Shown: positions 1 through 9,128 of the stretch, one piece after another
How positions within the stretch are numbered: position 1 is the first letter of the stretch
Layout of the letters: each line of letters opens with the position of its first letter
Assembly (NCBI RefSeq): GCF_035615495.1
Contig: NZ_JAJENU010000642.1
Coordinates: 1 to 32,000 of the forward strand
DNA from: Lyngbya sp. CCY1209
GTDB taxonomy: Bacteria > Cyanobacteriota > Cyanobacteriia > Cyanobacteriales > Microcoleaceae
Length of the DNA stretch: 32,000 nt
Direction of reading: 5' to 3'
Position numbers and translations under genes: made by a program
Notes under the pieces: generated by a model
Told to the model about the DNA's origin: nothing
What the model saw: the letters and a program-made list of their open reading frames with translations, nothing else
Databases searched by the model: none

Positions 1-160
1 CCTCTATCTTGCTCTTGGCTAGATACTGTAACGGGTTAGTGCGAAAGCCCCGCGTCTTTAGACCGGGGTGAGCTTACATCATATCCGCCAGAATTGTTTG
101 AACAAAAATTATTTCTCCGGAGCAAAAATCTGTACGATCGCGGACGATCGGAACTGGAGA

Positions 161-667
161 TCACGCTTTTTGGATGGAGGGAGACTGGTTGAATTTTAGC
201 CAGTAGGTGTCGATGGTTTGGATCATGTTCGACAGGGCGTCGAAGGAGACGGGTTTGACCAAATAGGAATTGGCCCCCAAATCGTAGGCGCGATCGACGT
301 CCACACTTTCCCGGGACGAGGTCAGTACCACCACGGGGATGCGGCAGACGGCGGACTGTCGTTTGAGCCATTCCAAAACTTCGAGTCCCGAACGGCGGGG
401 GAGTTTCAAGTCGAGCAGTATCAACAGGGGCAGGGGGTGCTGTTCGCGGTTCCCCTCGGCGATCAATTGGTTCAGATGGGCGATCGCGACCTCTCCATCT
501 TCGAGCACCCGCAGGGGCAACTTGGCATCGATCCGCCCGAAGGCGCGCCGAATCAAAAAGACGTCGTTGGAGTCATCTTCGATCAGCAAAATTTCCGACG
601 GGTTCCGTTCCGACACGGGTATCAATCTCCTTTCGAGGTGTGGGGATTTTAAAGTGGAGTGGGACAT
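161..667 (-). CDS. Single-domain response regulator (CheY/Rcp1-like receiver)
   Basis: The ORF 161..727 begins with TTG. The first in-frame ATG is at 667 (MSHSTL...). Receiver motifs are LLIEDDSNDVFL (acidic pocket), LILLDLKLP (phospho-acceptor Asp), VVVLTSS and SYLVKP. There is no output domain. It lies downstream of the histidine kinase on the same strand. Confidence 0.85.
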   Translation of the reverse strand: MSHSTLKSPHLERRLIPVSERNPSEILLIEDDSNDVFLIRRAFGRIDAKLPLRVLEDGEVAIAHLNQLIAEGNREQHPLPLLILLDLKLPRRSGLEVLEWLKRQSAVCRIPVVVLTSSRESVDVDRAYDLGANSYLVKPVSFDALSNMIQTIDTYWLKFNQSPSIQKA

Positions 668-1010
668 GGCTGTGGCTGCTTCTAGCTTACGATGTGATAT
701 CCCATTGGCTCGATCGCCGTCCACCAACCCAGACTTTCGGTCCGGTCAAAGCCCAGCTCTACGGCAATTCTGACCGGACTGGCGCTGTTTGTGGTCTGGC
801 CGGTCTCGATCTTAGAAATCCTCAGCACGTTTTCTCATCCAACCGAAAGGTCGTCCGACCGCTCCCTGAAAATTCAATCAACCCCTCCCACTTCTCCTCC
901 ACTCAAAAAACTGGGAAACAATTAGCCGGAAATCAATCAGGAACCCCATGGGAAGCTCATCCTTTCCAGGTCATCTCGGAATGAAAATTTCAATTCCTTA
1001 CTTCTCCAAA

Positions 1011-4000
1011 TTATCTCATATTTTGGTCAAATTTTTCGCTTTTTTCCCAACCATTTGAAGACTTGACCGTGAGCGGGTCTGCGGAGACCGACGGGCCGGG
1101 GGCGGAATTCGGTGCGCCCTCCCCGGGGGGGGAGGTGGGCAGTTCGAGCCAAAATTGACTCCCCACGTCCGGCTGCGACTCGACCCCGCAGCGCCCGCCC
1201 ATGCGCTCGATCCCGCGTTTGACGATCGCCAACCCGATCCCCGTGCCGGGGTAGGATTCCACGCCGTGGAGGCGCTCGAACACCCGGAAGATGCGATCGT
1301 GGTACTGGGGGTCGATGCCGATGCCGTTGTCTCCCACCCACAACCGCGCCCAGCCGTCGCTTTGGGTCGCCCAGATCGAAACCGTCGGCCGGACGTCGGG
1401 GGCAACGAACTTGGCGGCGTTGGCGACCAAATTCGCGATCGCCTGGTAGAGAATGCGGTAGTTCCCGTAGACGACGGGCAGATCGGGGGCAATTTTGAGT
1501 TGCACCCCCGCGTCACTCAGCTCCAAATCCAGGGTGTCCCGGATCTCCTCCAACACACCGTCGAGGGCCACCGGGTTCAGGTGGATCTCGGCCCGCCCCA
1601 GGCGGCTGTAGGCCAACAGATCTTGGATCAGGGTGTCCATGTGGGTAGCCGCGGCCATGATCCGGTGGGTGTACTCCCGGGCCATGTCGTCCGCCAGTTG
1701 GCTGCCGTAATCCTCCCACAGCGCCTGAGTCAGGCCTTGGATCGCCCGCAGGGGGGCGCGGAGGTCGTGGGAAACCGAATAGGAAAAGGATTCGAGTTCC
1801 CGGTTGCTCTTCTGGAGTTGTCGCGTCCGCACCCGCACCCGCTCTTCAAGGTGGGCGTTGAGTTGCCGGAGTTCCCGCTCCGCCTCCCGGCGGGCGATGG
1901 CGGACGCCAACAAATTCGCCACGGACTGCAGGAAGTTGACGTCGGAGTGCTCGAAGTGGCGTCGGTGGCGGGTGTGAACCCCCAAAACGCCGAACGGACG
2001 GTCGTCGGCCCCCTCGATCGCCACGCTGATGCCGCTGACGACCCCGTGATCTTTCAACAGCTCCGGGCCGGAAAACCGGGTTTCCGAGTCCAGCGATTCG
2101 ACGACGACCGGTTCGCGGCTCAGGAGGGTGTAACCCGCCTGGGAATCCCGGTCAGCCGCGACGACCGCCCGCCCCACCAAGCCTTCAGCCCAACCCACCC
2201 CCGCCCTCAACAGCAGGCCGTCTCCCCCGGGGATTCGTTGCAGGATTTTGCTGTATTCCACGCCGAGGCTCTCGGCGACTTCTGCGGCCGTCTCGTCAAA
2301 CAATTGGGAGAGCTCCAAGCCCGAGAGAGCCTTCTGGGACAGGAGGGCGACATCGGCCTGTTGGCGGAGTTGGGCGGCGAGGTTGAGTTCCGCGTTTTTC
2401 CGTTGCGTGATCTCCTCGGTGACGCCGACGACCCGCAGGACTTCCCCGGCCGTGTTGCGGACGAAGGAGGTGCGGACGCGCACCCAGATCTCGGAGCCGT
2501 CCGGCCGGCAGACGCGATATTCCTCTTCAAAGGGGGCCCCGGCGATCGCCCGCTCCAAAGCCGTTCCGACGCGATCGCGGTCCTCGGGGTGGACGGCTTC
2601 AAACCAACTGTCGGGGCGGTCGTAGAGGCTCTGGCAACTGCGCCCCCACAGCTCCTCGTAGGCGGGGCTGACATAGAGGAGCCGGCCGTAGTCGGGGGTG
2701 AAACTGAAGAAAATTTCCCGGATGTGTTCGGCGAACTGCCGGAATTTTTCCTCGGACTCTTTCAGGTCCCGGTGACGCCGTTCGAGTTCTTCCCGGGTCC
2801 GTTTGAGATCGGAAATGTCCCGGACGACGGCAATAAAGTGGTTGGGTTCCCCGGTGGGGTGGCGGCGCAGGGAACCGACAAGGGAGACCCAAACGGAGGA
2901 ACCATCTTTGCGGATGTAGCGCTTTTCCATCGCATAACTCTCGACCTGACCGGCTATCAGTTGTCGTACCCGTTCCAAATCCTCGGAGAGATCCTCGGGA
3001 TGGGTGATCGACTGAAAGGTTTTTTGCAGTAATTCTTCCCGGGTGTAGCCGACGATATCGCACAATTTTTGATTCACCCGCAGCCAACTGCCGTCAAGTC
3101 CGACGTGGGCGATGCCCACCGCCGCCTGTTCAAAGGTGGCGCGGAACAGTTCTTCCGACTCCCGCAGGGCGGTTTCAGCCCGCCGGCGATCGGCGATTTC
3201 CCGCCGCAACCGGTCGTTGCTCGTTTCCAGTTGCCGGGTGCGCTCCTCGATGCGGGCTTCGAGTTGGGCGTTGAACTGCCGGATTTGTTCTTCGAGGCGC
3301 TTGCGATCGCTGATATCCCGCCCCTCGGGGATGAGGAAAATGGTTTTTCCGTCGCCGTCCAAAATGGGGCGCAGGGAAAAGTCGATGGTGGCCGTCGCAT
3401 CACCCCGCCCCAGAACGTCAACTTCGTAGCGGACTGGCTCCCCCCGCAGTGCCCCGGCGATCGCCTCCCGCAGTTGTGCCCGGTTCTCGGCCGACCCCCG
3501 CCACCAGGGGGCTTCCCAGAAGGGCTTGCCGATGGCATCTTTCGCCTGCACCCCTGCGAAGTCGAGGGCGGTGCGGTTGGCTTCCAGGAGGGTGCCGTCG
3601 AGGTCTAGCAGCCCGACGAACTGAAAGGATTGGTTGAAGATGGCCCGGTAGCGCCGTTCCGATTGCAGCAGGGAAGTTTGCGCCTCTTCGCGGCAGGCGT
3701 CGATGCGGTTCAAACTGCGGCCGTTCCACCACAGGACGGCCGCGAAGACGAGGATGCCCAGAATGGTGCGGAGGGCGGTCAAGTTTTCGATGCCGACGGG
3801 GGAGTAAACTGCGATCGCCAACATCAACAATCCCAGCAGGATCGGGATGGCGACCGTCACCGGCAGCAGGCGTCGGATCATCATGCCCCCGGCGTAGGGG
3901 CTGCTGACTTCCGCCATCCACCCCCGGTCCGGGCGGACACCCAAGATGCTCAGGGAGAGCAGCAGCAGGGCGACGGCGGTCTGGATGTCCATCGGGTTGG

Positions 4001-4562
4001 GGGAGCCGACGTTGTAAAAGGGGGCGAAGTGGTAGAGGTGGCCGACGAGGGCCAAAATTGAGATCAGCAGGGCCAGCAGGCCGCAGAACTGGGCGGCGGC
4101 GTTGCGGCCCCTCACCGACAGCAGCACGCCGCCGCCGAGGGTGATCGCGCCGCCGGCGGTGTTGGGGGCGATCGGCCAATTGACGGCCGCGAGTCCACCG
4201 CCGGCGAAGAAATCCAGCAGGCCGACCGCCCCGATCAGCACGGCGGTCGCGCCACCGCCCCAAATCAACGCCCGGATCGGGGGGGGCGGGCTGATGCCCC
4301 GCAGGTGGTGGCGCTGCCACAGGTCGAGGGCGACCCCCGACCCGATGGCAGCCAGGGCGATGTAGCCCCGGATGGTGAGCCAGTGGGGGAGGGTGGGGGT
4401 TCCCGTCCACAGGTTCGCCGCCCATCCCAGCAACCCGACCGCTGCGATCGCGATCGCAGCCCACCGGCTCACTCGCGAAAACTGTTGGATTAACTCGACT
4501 TCCGACACCGGATCGGGTTGGGTGACGGCCGAGGTCGGACGGTTCAAGTGTCTTTCCCCCAA
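1011..4562 (-). CDS. Membrane-anchored multi-sensor histidine kinase (multi-pass N-terminus, 3 PAS-like modules, GAF, HisKA, HATPase)
   Basis: 1183-aa ORF. The first ~290 aa are hydrophobic multi-pass. PAS-like blocks are separated by a coiled coil (RKRLEEQIRQFNAQLEARIEERTRQLE). A GAF-like block follows. Kinase motifs are H-box FSYSVSHDLRAPLRAI, N-box NLVANAAKF, G1 DNGIGID and G2 GTGIGLAIV. The codon at 4562 is TTG and no in-frame ATG precedes the membrane region, so the start is uncertain. Confidence 0.9.
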   Translation of the reverse strand: MGERHLNRPTSAVTQPDPVSEVELIQQFSRVSRWAAIAIAAVGLLGWAANLWTGTPTLPHWLTIRGYIALAAIGSGVALDLWQRHHLRGISPPPPIRALIWGGGATAVLIGAVGLLDFFAGGGLAAVNWPIAPNTAGGAITLGGGVLLSVRGRNAAAQFCGLLALLISILALVGHLYHFAPFYNVGSPNPMDIQTAVALLLLSLSILGVRPDRGWMAEVSSPYAGGMMIRRLLPVTVAIPILLGLLMLAIAVYSPVGIENLTALRTILGILVFAAVLWWNGRSLNRIDACREEAQTSLLQSERRYRAIFNQSFQFVGLLDLDGTLLEANRTALDFAGVQAKDAIGKPFWEAPWWRGSAENRAQLREAIAGALRGEPVRYEVDVLGRGDATATIDFSLRPILDGDGKTIFLIPEGRDISDRKRLEEQIRQFNAQLEARIEERTRQLETSNDRLRREIADRRRAETALRESEELFRATFEQAAVGIAHVGLDGSWLRVNQKLCDIVGYTREELLQKTFQSITHPEDLSEDLERVRQLIAGQVESYAMEKRYIRKDGSSVWVSLVGSLRRHPTGEPNHFIAVVRDISDLKRTREELERRHRDLKESEEKFRQFAEHIREIFFSFTPDYGRLLYVSPAYEELWGRSCQSLYDRPDSWFEAVHPEDRDRVGTALERAIAGAPFEEEYRVCRPDGSEIWVRVRTSFVRNTAGEVLRVVGVTEEITQRKNAELNLAAQLRQQADVALLSQKALSGLELSQLFDETAAEVAESLGVEYSKILQRIPGGDGLLLRAGVGWAEGLVGRAVVAADRDSQAGYTLLSREPVVVESLDSETRFSGPELLKDHGVVSGISVAIEGADDRPFGVLGVHTRHRRHFEHSDVNFLQSVANLLASAIARREAERELRQLNAHLEERVRVRTRQLQKSNRELESFSYSVSHDLRAPLRAIQGLTQALWEDYGSQLADDMAREYTHRIMAAATHMDTLIQDLLAYSRLGRAEIHLNPVALDGVLEEIRDTLDLELSDAGVQLKIAPDLPVVYGNYRILYQAIANLVANAAKFVAPDVRPTVSIWATQSDGWARLWVGDNGIGIDPQYHDRIFRVFERLHGVESYPGTGIGLAIVKRGIERMGGRCGVESQPDVGSQFWLELPTSPPGEGAPNSAPGPSVSADPLTVKSSNGWEKSEKFDQNMR

Positions 4563-4802
4563 ATGGTGTTCAGAAAGTGGGCGCGATCGCGGCGATCGAC
4601 CGCCGATGTGTCGATCGATTCAACTTTGGATTTTAACCCGGTGACCGATGCGACGACTCACCCTCAAGAGAGAGTGTCGGGTGGGAGGGGGCGGAGGGAG
4701 CCGAGGGGGCAACGGTCAAGGGGAGGAAGAATACAGATAGGATTTTCCTCCGGTCGCCCCCCTGCCCCAGATCTTTTGCGGTCGGAATTGGATCTGATTG
4801 TT

Positions 4803-5204
4803 TTATTTTTTGTCGTCAACTTTTCGATCTTCTTCCGGAAAGCGGGTGATGTCGTCTTCGCCCAAATATTCGCCGTTCTGCACCTCGATCATCACCAGCG
4901 GGATCACCCCGGGATTGTCCACCCGGTGGGGGGTATTCATGGGGACGTAGGTGGACTGTTTGGGGGTGAGGGTAATGTCCTGACCGCCGCAGACCACCTT
5001 GGCCGTCCCCGCCACAACGATCCAGTGTTCGCTGCGGTGGTAGTGCATTTGGGTGCTGATGTGGTAGCCCGGATTGATCACGATCCGATTGATCCGGTAG
5101 CGATCGCCCTCCTCCAAAACCGTGACGTGGCCCCAGGGCGGGGTACGGGTGGGCTGGGAGGTGGCGGGGGTTTCGCTCGGTTTTTCGGTTTTGGCTTTCG
5201 TCAT
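4803..5204 (-). CDS. Small cupin protein (type II phosphomannose-isomerase C-terminal cupin-like)
   Basis: 133 aa with an ATG start. The motif HYHRSEHWIVVAGTAKV...YVPMNTPHRVDNPG...IEVQNGEYLGEDDITRF matches the cupin barrel of ManC-type mannose-6-phosphate isomerase C-termini. Confidence 0.7.
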   Translation of the reverse strand: MTKAKTEKPSETPATSQPTRTPPWGHVTVLEEGDRYRINRIVINPGYHISTQMHYHRSEHWIVVAGTAKVVCGGQDITLTPKQSTYVPMNTPHRVDNPGVIPLVMIEVQNGEYLGEDDITRFPEEDRKVDDKK

Positions 5205-5277
5205 CTTGGCATTCCAGAATAAAAGACAGTCGTTCGGTTTCCAGTCAACCCAATTATATGCAATCTTCCCATCGAGA

Positions 5278-7674
5278 TTAAACCGGAAAATCGACGGTAA
5301 ATGTCGTCCAGCAGTCCTGACTCGTCACCCGAATTTTGCCGTCGAGTTGTTCGACCAATTTTTCCACCAGCGCCAATCCCAAACCGGTCCCCCCCTGCTT
5401 CCAGGGGTCGGCGTTTTGCACCCGGTAGAACTTGTCAAAAATGCGGGGCAGTTCTTTTTCCGGGATTTCGGCCTGGTTGGCAATTTTAAACCGCAGGCGA
5501 TCGCCGGAGCGGGCGGTCTTTTGAGGCGCTTCGGAAATCCCGCCGGCGCCGCGTTCAACTCCCAGGTGAATTTCCCCGCCGTCGGGGGTGTACTTGCAGG
5601 CATTGTTCAACAATTCGGCGATGATCCGCTCCAGGTTGCCGGTGTTGGTGCGGACGGGCGGCAAGTCGGGGGGACAGTCCACGCTCAACACCTGCTGGCG
5701 TTCCTGAGCTCGGGAATAGAAGGGTTGGGTGATGCGGGGAATCCAGTTGGAAAGGTTCAATACTTCCAGGCTGATGGGGGCGGTGGAGGCCTCCAATTTT
5801 TGCAAGTCCAACAGGTCGTTGATCAGGTTGGTTTCCCGGGAACATTCCGCCTCCAAAATGCTGAGATACCGCTCGCCCCGCTCCGGCGTCGGTGCCAATT
5901 TCAGCATATGGATCGCCATCTTCATGTTGGCCAAAGGCGTCCGCAGTTCGTGGGAGACGGTGCTGAGAAAGTCGTCTTTGAGGATGTTCAACTGCTGGAG
6001 TTCTTGGACTTTGTGTTGCAGTTCGGCGGTGCGGTCGAGCACCTGTTTTTCCAAGTCGGTGTTGAGGGCTTGAACTTGGTGGTAGAGTTGGGCTTGGTAG
6101 ATGGCGATCGCCAGTTGGGTCGCCAGTTGTTGCAGGAGGTTGGTTTCGGCGGGCAGCCAGTGGCGGGATTTGTGACACTGCTGCACCTCGATCACGCCCC
6201 ACAGTTGCCCGTCCTGGAGGATGGGGACTCCTAAATAGGATTCGATCTGTTCTTGGTGCAGGCGCACCCGTTCCGCCGGGGGCAGGTCGCCGGCGCGGAT
6301 GTCCGGGACGGTGTAGATGTAGTCCCGCTCGAAGGCCTGCAGGTAGTGGGCGATCGCGGTTTGGGTGAGCTGGGGGTGCGAGAGGGAACCGCATCCGGAA
6401 GCGGCCGACTCGGCCACCAGTTGTCCGGTTTCGCCGTTGACGACGTGGTAAATCACGACGCGGTCTGCCTCCAGGAGCGATCGCACCTCGGCCACGGTGG
6501 TATTCAGAATGTCTTCCAAATTCAGGGATTGGTGGATCTGCAGGGAAATTTTGGCCAGCAGCCGCTCCCGCTGCAACTGTTCGTGCAGTTGGGCCGTCCG
6601 TTCGGCCACCTGCTTCTCCAACTGCACGTTGCGGCTCCTGAGCAGTTCCATCTTCTCCGCCTGGAGCTGGTAGACGGACTGCTGCAGTTGTTTCACCACC
6701 CGGTACATCTCCGTGGGGTCGAGCATCCGCAGCAGGCTCATCTGGGTGACGATCCCCCGCAGTTCCCCCCCCTCGCCGCACACCAGCAGCCGCTGCACCT
6801 GGCGGGCCTGCATCTCCTGGTGCGCCACCCACAGGGAATCCTGGGCCGTCAGGGAAAAGCGGGGTTTCCCCATGATCGTCGCCGCCGGGGTGCGGCTGAG
6901 GTCTAACTCCAAAAACTGAGCCAGGAGGATATCCTGGGCCGAGACGATCCCCAGGGGCTTCACTTTCTTTTTCCGGGACGCCTCGTGGATGACCACGCAG
7001 CTCGTCTGGTGGGTCGCCATCCGCTGGGCCAAATTCAGGGCGGAGGTGTTGGCCGGCGCCCTGAGTACGTCGGCGATCATCTCGTCGGCTACCCGCCGGG
7101 TTCTCAGGATGTTGGAGGGTTGCAGGACTTGCCGAATTCGCTCCGGCGTGATCGCCCCCACCAAATGGCCGTCGCGGTTGAGGACGGGGAGGTGCAGGAT
7201 CTGGTGCTGGCGGAACATCGACAGGGCGGTAAAAATATCCTGATCTTGGGATTCGGTCAGTTGGTGGACGGCCTCGGACATGACTTCCCCGATGCGGATT
7301 TTGTGCAGGGGGGCCTCCCGGGGGTTGTCCAAAATGCCCGTGGCGATCAGTTGCACCAGATCCCGCTCGGTGAAGATGCCCAACAGGTTCGCCCCCTCCG
7401 GCGGGGGAGACAGAATGTCCGGGCCGCCGGGGGCCGACTTGTCCACTACCAGCACGCAGGTGGCCCGCAGCCCTTCGGCCGGCCGCACCCCTGCCGTCGC
7501 CCCCTCCGAGGTTCCGGGGTCGTCCGTTGTGTTTTGGGGCATCGCGGAGCGGTTGAGCAACTGACCCATCAGGGCGATCGCGTCGGCCAGGGAGGTGTCC
7601 GGCGTCACGGTGAGGGGGTAGCGATCGACCGCCTGTTCGAGGGCGGAGGAGTAGTGGGGCGCTGAGTAGGGCAT
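5278..7674 (-). CDS. Sensor histidine kinase with N-terminal CBS pairs and a GAF domain
   Basis: 798 aa with an ATG start. The first ~300 aa are CBS-like repeats (GIFTERDLV, VGAITPERI, LGIVSAQDIL, RGIVTQMSLLRML). A coiled coil and a GAF-like block follow. Kinase motifs are H-box FLSTVSHELRTPLANM, N-box ELLNNACKYTP and G2 GGTGLGLALVEKLV. Confidence 0.9.
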   Translation of the reverse strand: MPYSAPHYSSALEQAVDRYPLTVTPDTSLADAIALMGQLLNRSAMPQNTTDDPGTSEGATAGVRPAEGLRATCVLVVDKSAPGGPDILSPPPEGANLLGIFTERDLVQLIATGILDNPREAPLHKIRIGEVMSEAVHQLTESQDQDIFTALSMFRQHQILHLPVLNRDGHLVGAITPERIRQVLQPSNILRTRRVADEMIADVLRAPANTSALNLAQRMATHQTSCVVIHEASRKKKVKPLGIVSAQDILLAQFLELDLSRTPAATIMGKPRFSLTAQDSLWVAHQEMQARQVQRLLVCGEGGELRGIVTQMSLLRMLDPTEMYRVVKQLQQSVYQLQAEKMELLRSRNVQLEKQVAERTAQLHEQLQRERLLAKISLQIHQSLNLEDILNTTVAEVRSLLEADRVVIYHVVNGETGQLVAESAASGCGSLSHPQLTQTAIAHYLQAFERDYIYTVPDIRAGDLPPAERVRLHQEQIESYLGVPILQDGQLWGVIEVQQCHKSRHWLPAETNLLQQLATQLAIAIYQAQLYHQVQALNTDLEKQVLDRTAELQHKVQELQQLNILKDDFLSTVSHELRTPLANMKMAIHMLKLAPTPERGERYLSILEAECSRETNLINDLLDLQKLEASTAPISLEVLNLSNWIPRITQPFYSRAQERQQVLSVDCPPDLPPVRTNTGNLERIIAELLNNACKYTPDGGEIHLGVERGAGGISEAPQKTARSGDRLRFKIANQAEIPEKELPRIFDKFYRVQNADPWKQGGTGLGLALVEKLVEQLDGKIRVTSQDCWTTFTVDFPV

Positions 7675-7767
7675 AACCGATGGAGGCGTTGGCCGGTGCG
7701 GGTCGCACCCGAGAACCGTTTGCTATTTTTCCTGTATGGTAATCCTAACACTGGGGGGTGAAGGGAA

Positions 7768-7796
7768 TGACCCAATTTTTTGATTTTCTCTATAAT
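7768..7796 (+). promoter_or_regulatory. Candidate sigma70-type promoter for the HEAT-repeat gene
   Basis: A perfect TATAAT lies at 7791-7796, with TGACCC 17 nt upstream (7768-7773). It sits about 40 nt upstream of ATG 7835. Sequence pattern only. Confidence 0.3.
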
Positions 7797-7834
7797 GTGG
7801 GGGAATTCAAAATGTAAAGTTTTAATAAGTTGAG

Positions 7835-8527
7835 ATGAGCGCGACCTTTCCCCTCGACCGAATTGCCGCCCAATTGGAGAGTCAAAATACCCGTGATCGG
7901 ATGTTGGCCCTGGCATCCCTGCGGCAGGTCTCCCCGGAAGATGCAGTCCCCCTGATCAAAAAAGTCCTCGACGACCAGAGTTTGCAAATCCGCTCGATGG
8001 CGGTTTTCGCCCTGGGAATCAAACCCACTGCCGAATGTTACGGGATTTTGGTAAAATTGCTCGAAAGCGATCCGGACTACGGCATCCGCGCCGACGCGGC
8101 CGGGGCCCTGGGCTACCTGGGCGATCGCCGCGCCGTCGAACCCCTGATGCGGGCGTTTTACGAGGATACCGATTGGCTGGTGCGCTTCAGCGCGGCGGTG
8201 TCTCTGGGCAATTTGAAAGATCTCCGCGCCCACGAGGTGCTGATTTCGGCCCTCAACAGCGACGAGGTGATCCTCCAACAGGCTGCGATCGCGGCGTTGG
8301 GAGAAATTCGCGATCTCGAGGCGATCGACCGGATCTTGGATTTCGCCCAGTCGGAGGATTGGCTGGTACGGCAGCGACTCGCGGAAGCCCTCGGAAATCT
8401 CCCGACTTCCAAGAGTGCGGCGGCCCTCAAATACCTGGCGAAAGACGGCCACCCGCAGGTATCGGAAGCTGCCAAAATTGCCCTCGATCGCCTCCGAGAA
8501 TTGGATGAAAAACTGTTGGAATCATGA
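7835..8527 (+). CDS. HEAT-repeat protein (PBS-lyase/NblB-like HEAT repeats)
   Basis: 230 aa. Repeated units of the type xxVRxxAAxALGxLxDxRAVxxL occur: IRSMAVFALG, GIRADAAGALGYLGDRRAVEPL, LVRFSAAVSLGNLKDLRAHEVL, ILQQAAIAALGEIRDLEAIDRIL, LVRQRLAEALGNL. Confidence 0.75.
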   Translation: MSATFPLDRIAAQLESQNTRDRMLALASLRQVSPEDAVPLIKKVLDDQSLQIRSMAVFALGIKPTAECYGILVKLLESDPDYGIRADAAGALGYLGDRRAVEPLMRAFYEDTDWLVRFSAAVSLGNLKDLRAHEVLISALNSDEVILQQAAIAALGEIRDLEAIDRILDFAQSEDWLVRQRLAEALGNLPTSKSAAALKYLAKDGHPQVSEAAKIALDRLRELDEKLLES

Positions 8528-9045
8528 ACGAAATTTTCAAAGATTGGGGACTGACCTGGGAGGGTTTGAAAACCGGAAAGCGGGGGGAGTATTTGGTGGC
8601 GATCCAGGGACTCCTGCTGGTCGGATTCGTCCTGCTTCCCGTCTATCCGATCCCCGGATTGGTGGCCCTGAAATCGTCCCCGTGGATGTATTTAATCTGG
8701 GGAATTTCCATTCTATTTGACGCGATCGCCGTCTTTCTCATGGTCAAGGGACTGATGGATTTGGGCGAAAACCTCACCCCGCTCCCCTACCCCAAAGACA
8801 CCGGAAATTTGATTCAATCTGGCGTCTACAACGTCGTCCGCCACCCCCTTTACAGCGGCTTAATCTTTGTCACCTTCGGCTGGACGCTCTTTTTTCTCAG
8901 CCTCTCCCATTTGGCAATAACTGCGATTCTGTTTTTATTTTTGGACATCAAATCTCGGCGGGAGGAACAATGGCTGATCGACAAATATCCCGAATATTCG
9001 GAGTACAAACGGCGGGTCAAAAAACTGATTCCGCTGGTTTACTGA
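8524..9045 (+). CDS. Membrane methyltransferase of the ICMT/PEMT family
   Basis: 173 aa with about 4 hydrophobic helices. The C-terminal motif GVYNVVRHPLYSGLIFVTFGW...REEQWLIDKYPEYSEYKRRV is typical of isoprenylcysteine carboxyl / phospholipid methyltransferase-like proteins. Its ATG overlaps the upstream TGA (ATGA at 8524-8527). Confidence 0.7.
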   Translation: MNEIFKDWGLTWEGLKTGKRGEYLVAIQGLLLVGFVLLPVYPIPGLVALKSSPWMYLIWGISILFDAIAVFLMVKGLMDLGENLTPLPYPKDTGNLIQSGVYNVVRHPLYSGLIFVTFGWTLFFLSLSHLAITAILFLFLDIKSRREEQWLIDKYPEYSEYKRRVKKLIPLVY

Positions 9046-9128
9046 ATCGCCCCCCCATTCCCTCGAAAGGCGTTTCTGGAAGCGATCGGGCGATCGCATC
9101 GATTTGGATCTCGACAACCTTGAAAAAA

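Noticed and set aside
1155-3032. 625-aa plus-strand ORF, with further long ORFs at 3418..4464(-), 3630..4061(+) and 4518..5222(+), overlapping the histidine kinase gene
   Set aside because: They are antisense or out-of-frame to a kinase ORF with unambiguous PAS/GAF/HisKA/HATPase motifs. Their translations are Arg/Gly/Pro/Asp-rich low-complexity sequence, typical of stop-poor alternative frames in roughly 70% GC DNA.
5555-7708. 717-aa minus-strand ORF in another frame of the CBS-GAF kinase gene, and plus-strand ORFs at 5122..6234, 6253..6906 and 6985..7665
   Set aside because: Same reasoning. The translations are R/P/G-rich with no recognisable motifs, and they are fully nested in a well-supported gene.
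8970-9128. Upstream ATG 8970 (with a GGAGGA-like sequence before it) as the start of the SGNH hydrolase
   Set aside because: It would overlap the methyltransferase gene by 76 nt. It would also bury the lipoprotein signal peptide (MIRFASLTVACSWLLGC) 53 residues inside the protein. ATG 9129 is preferred.
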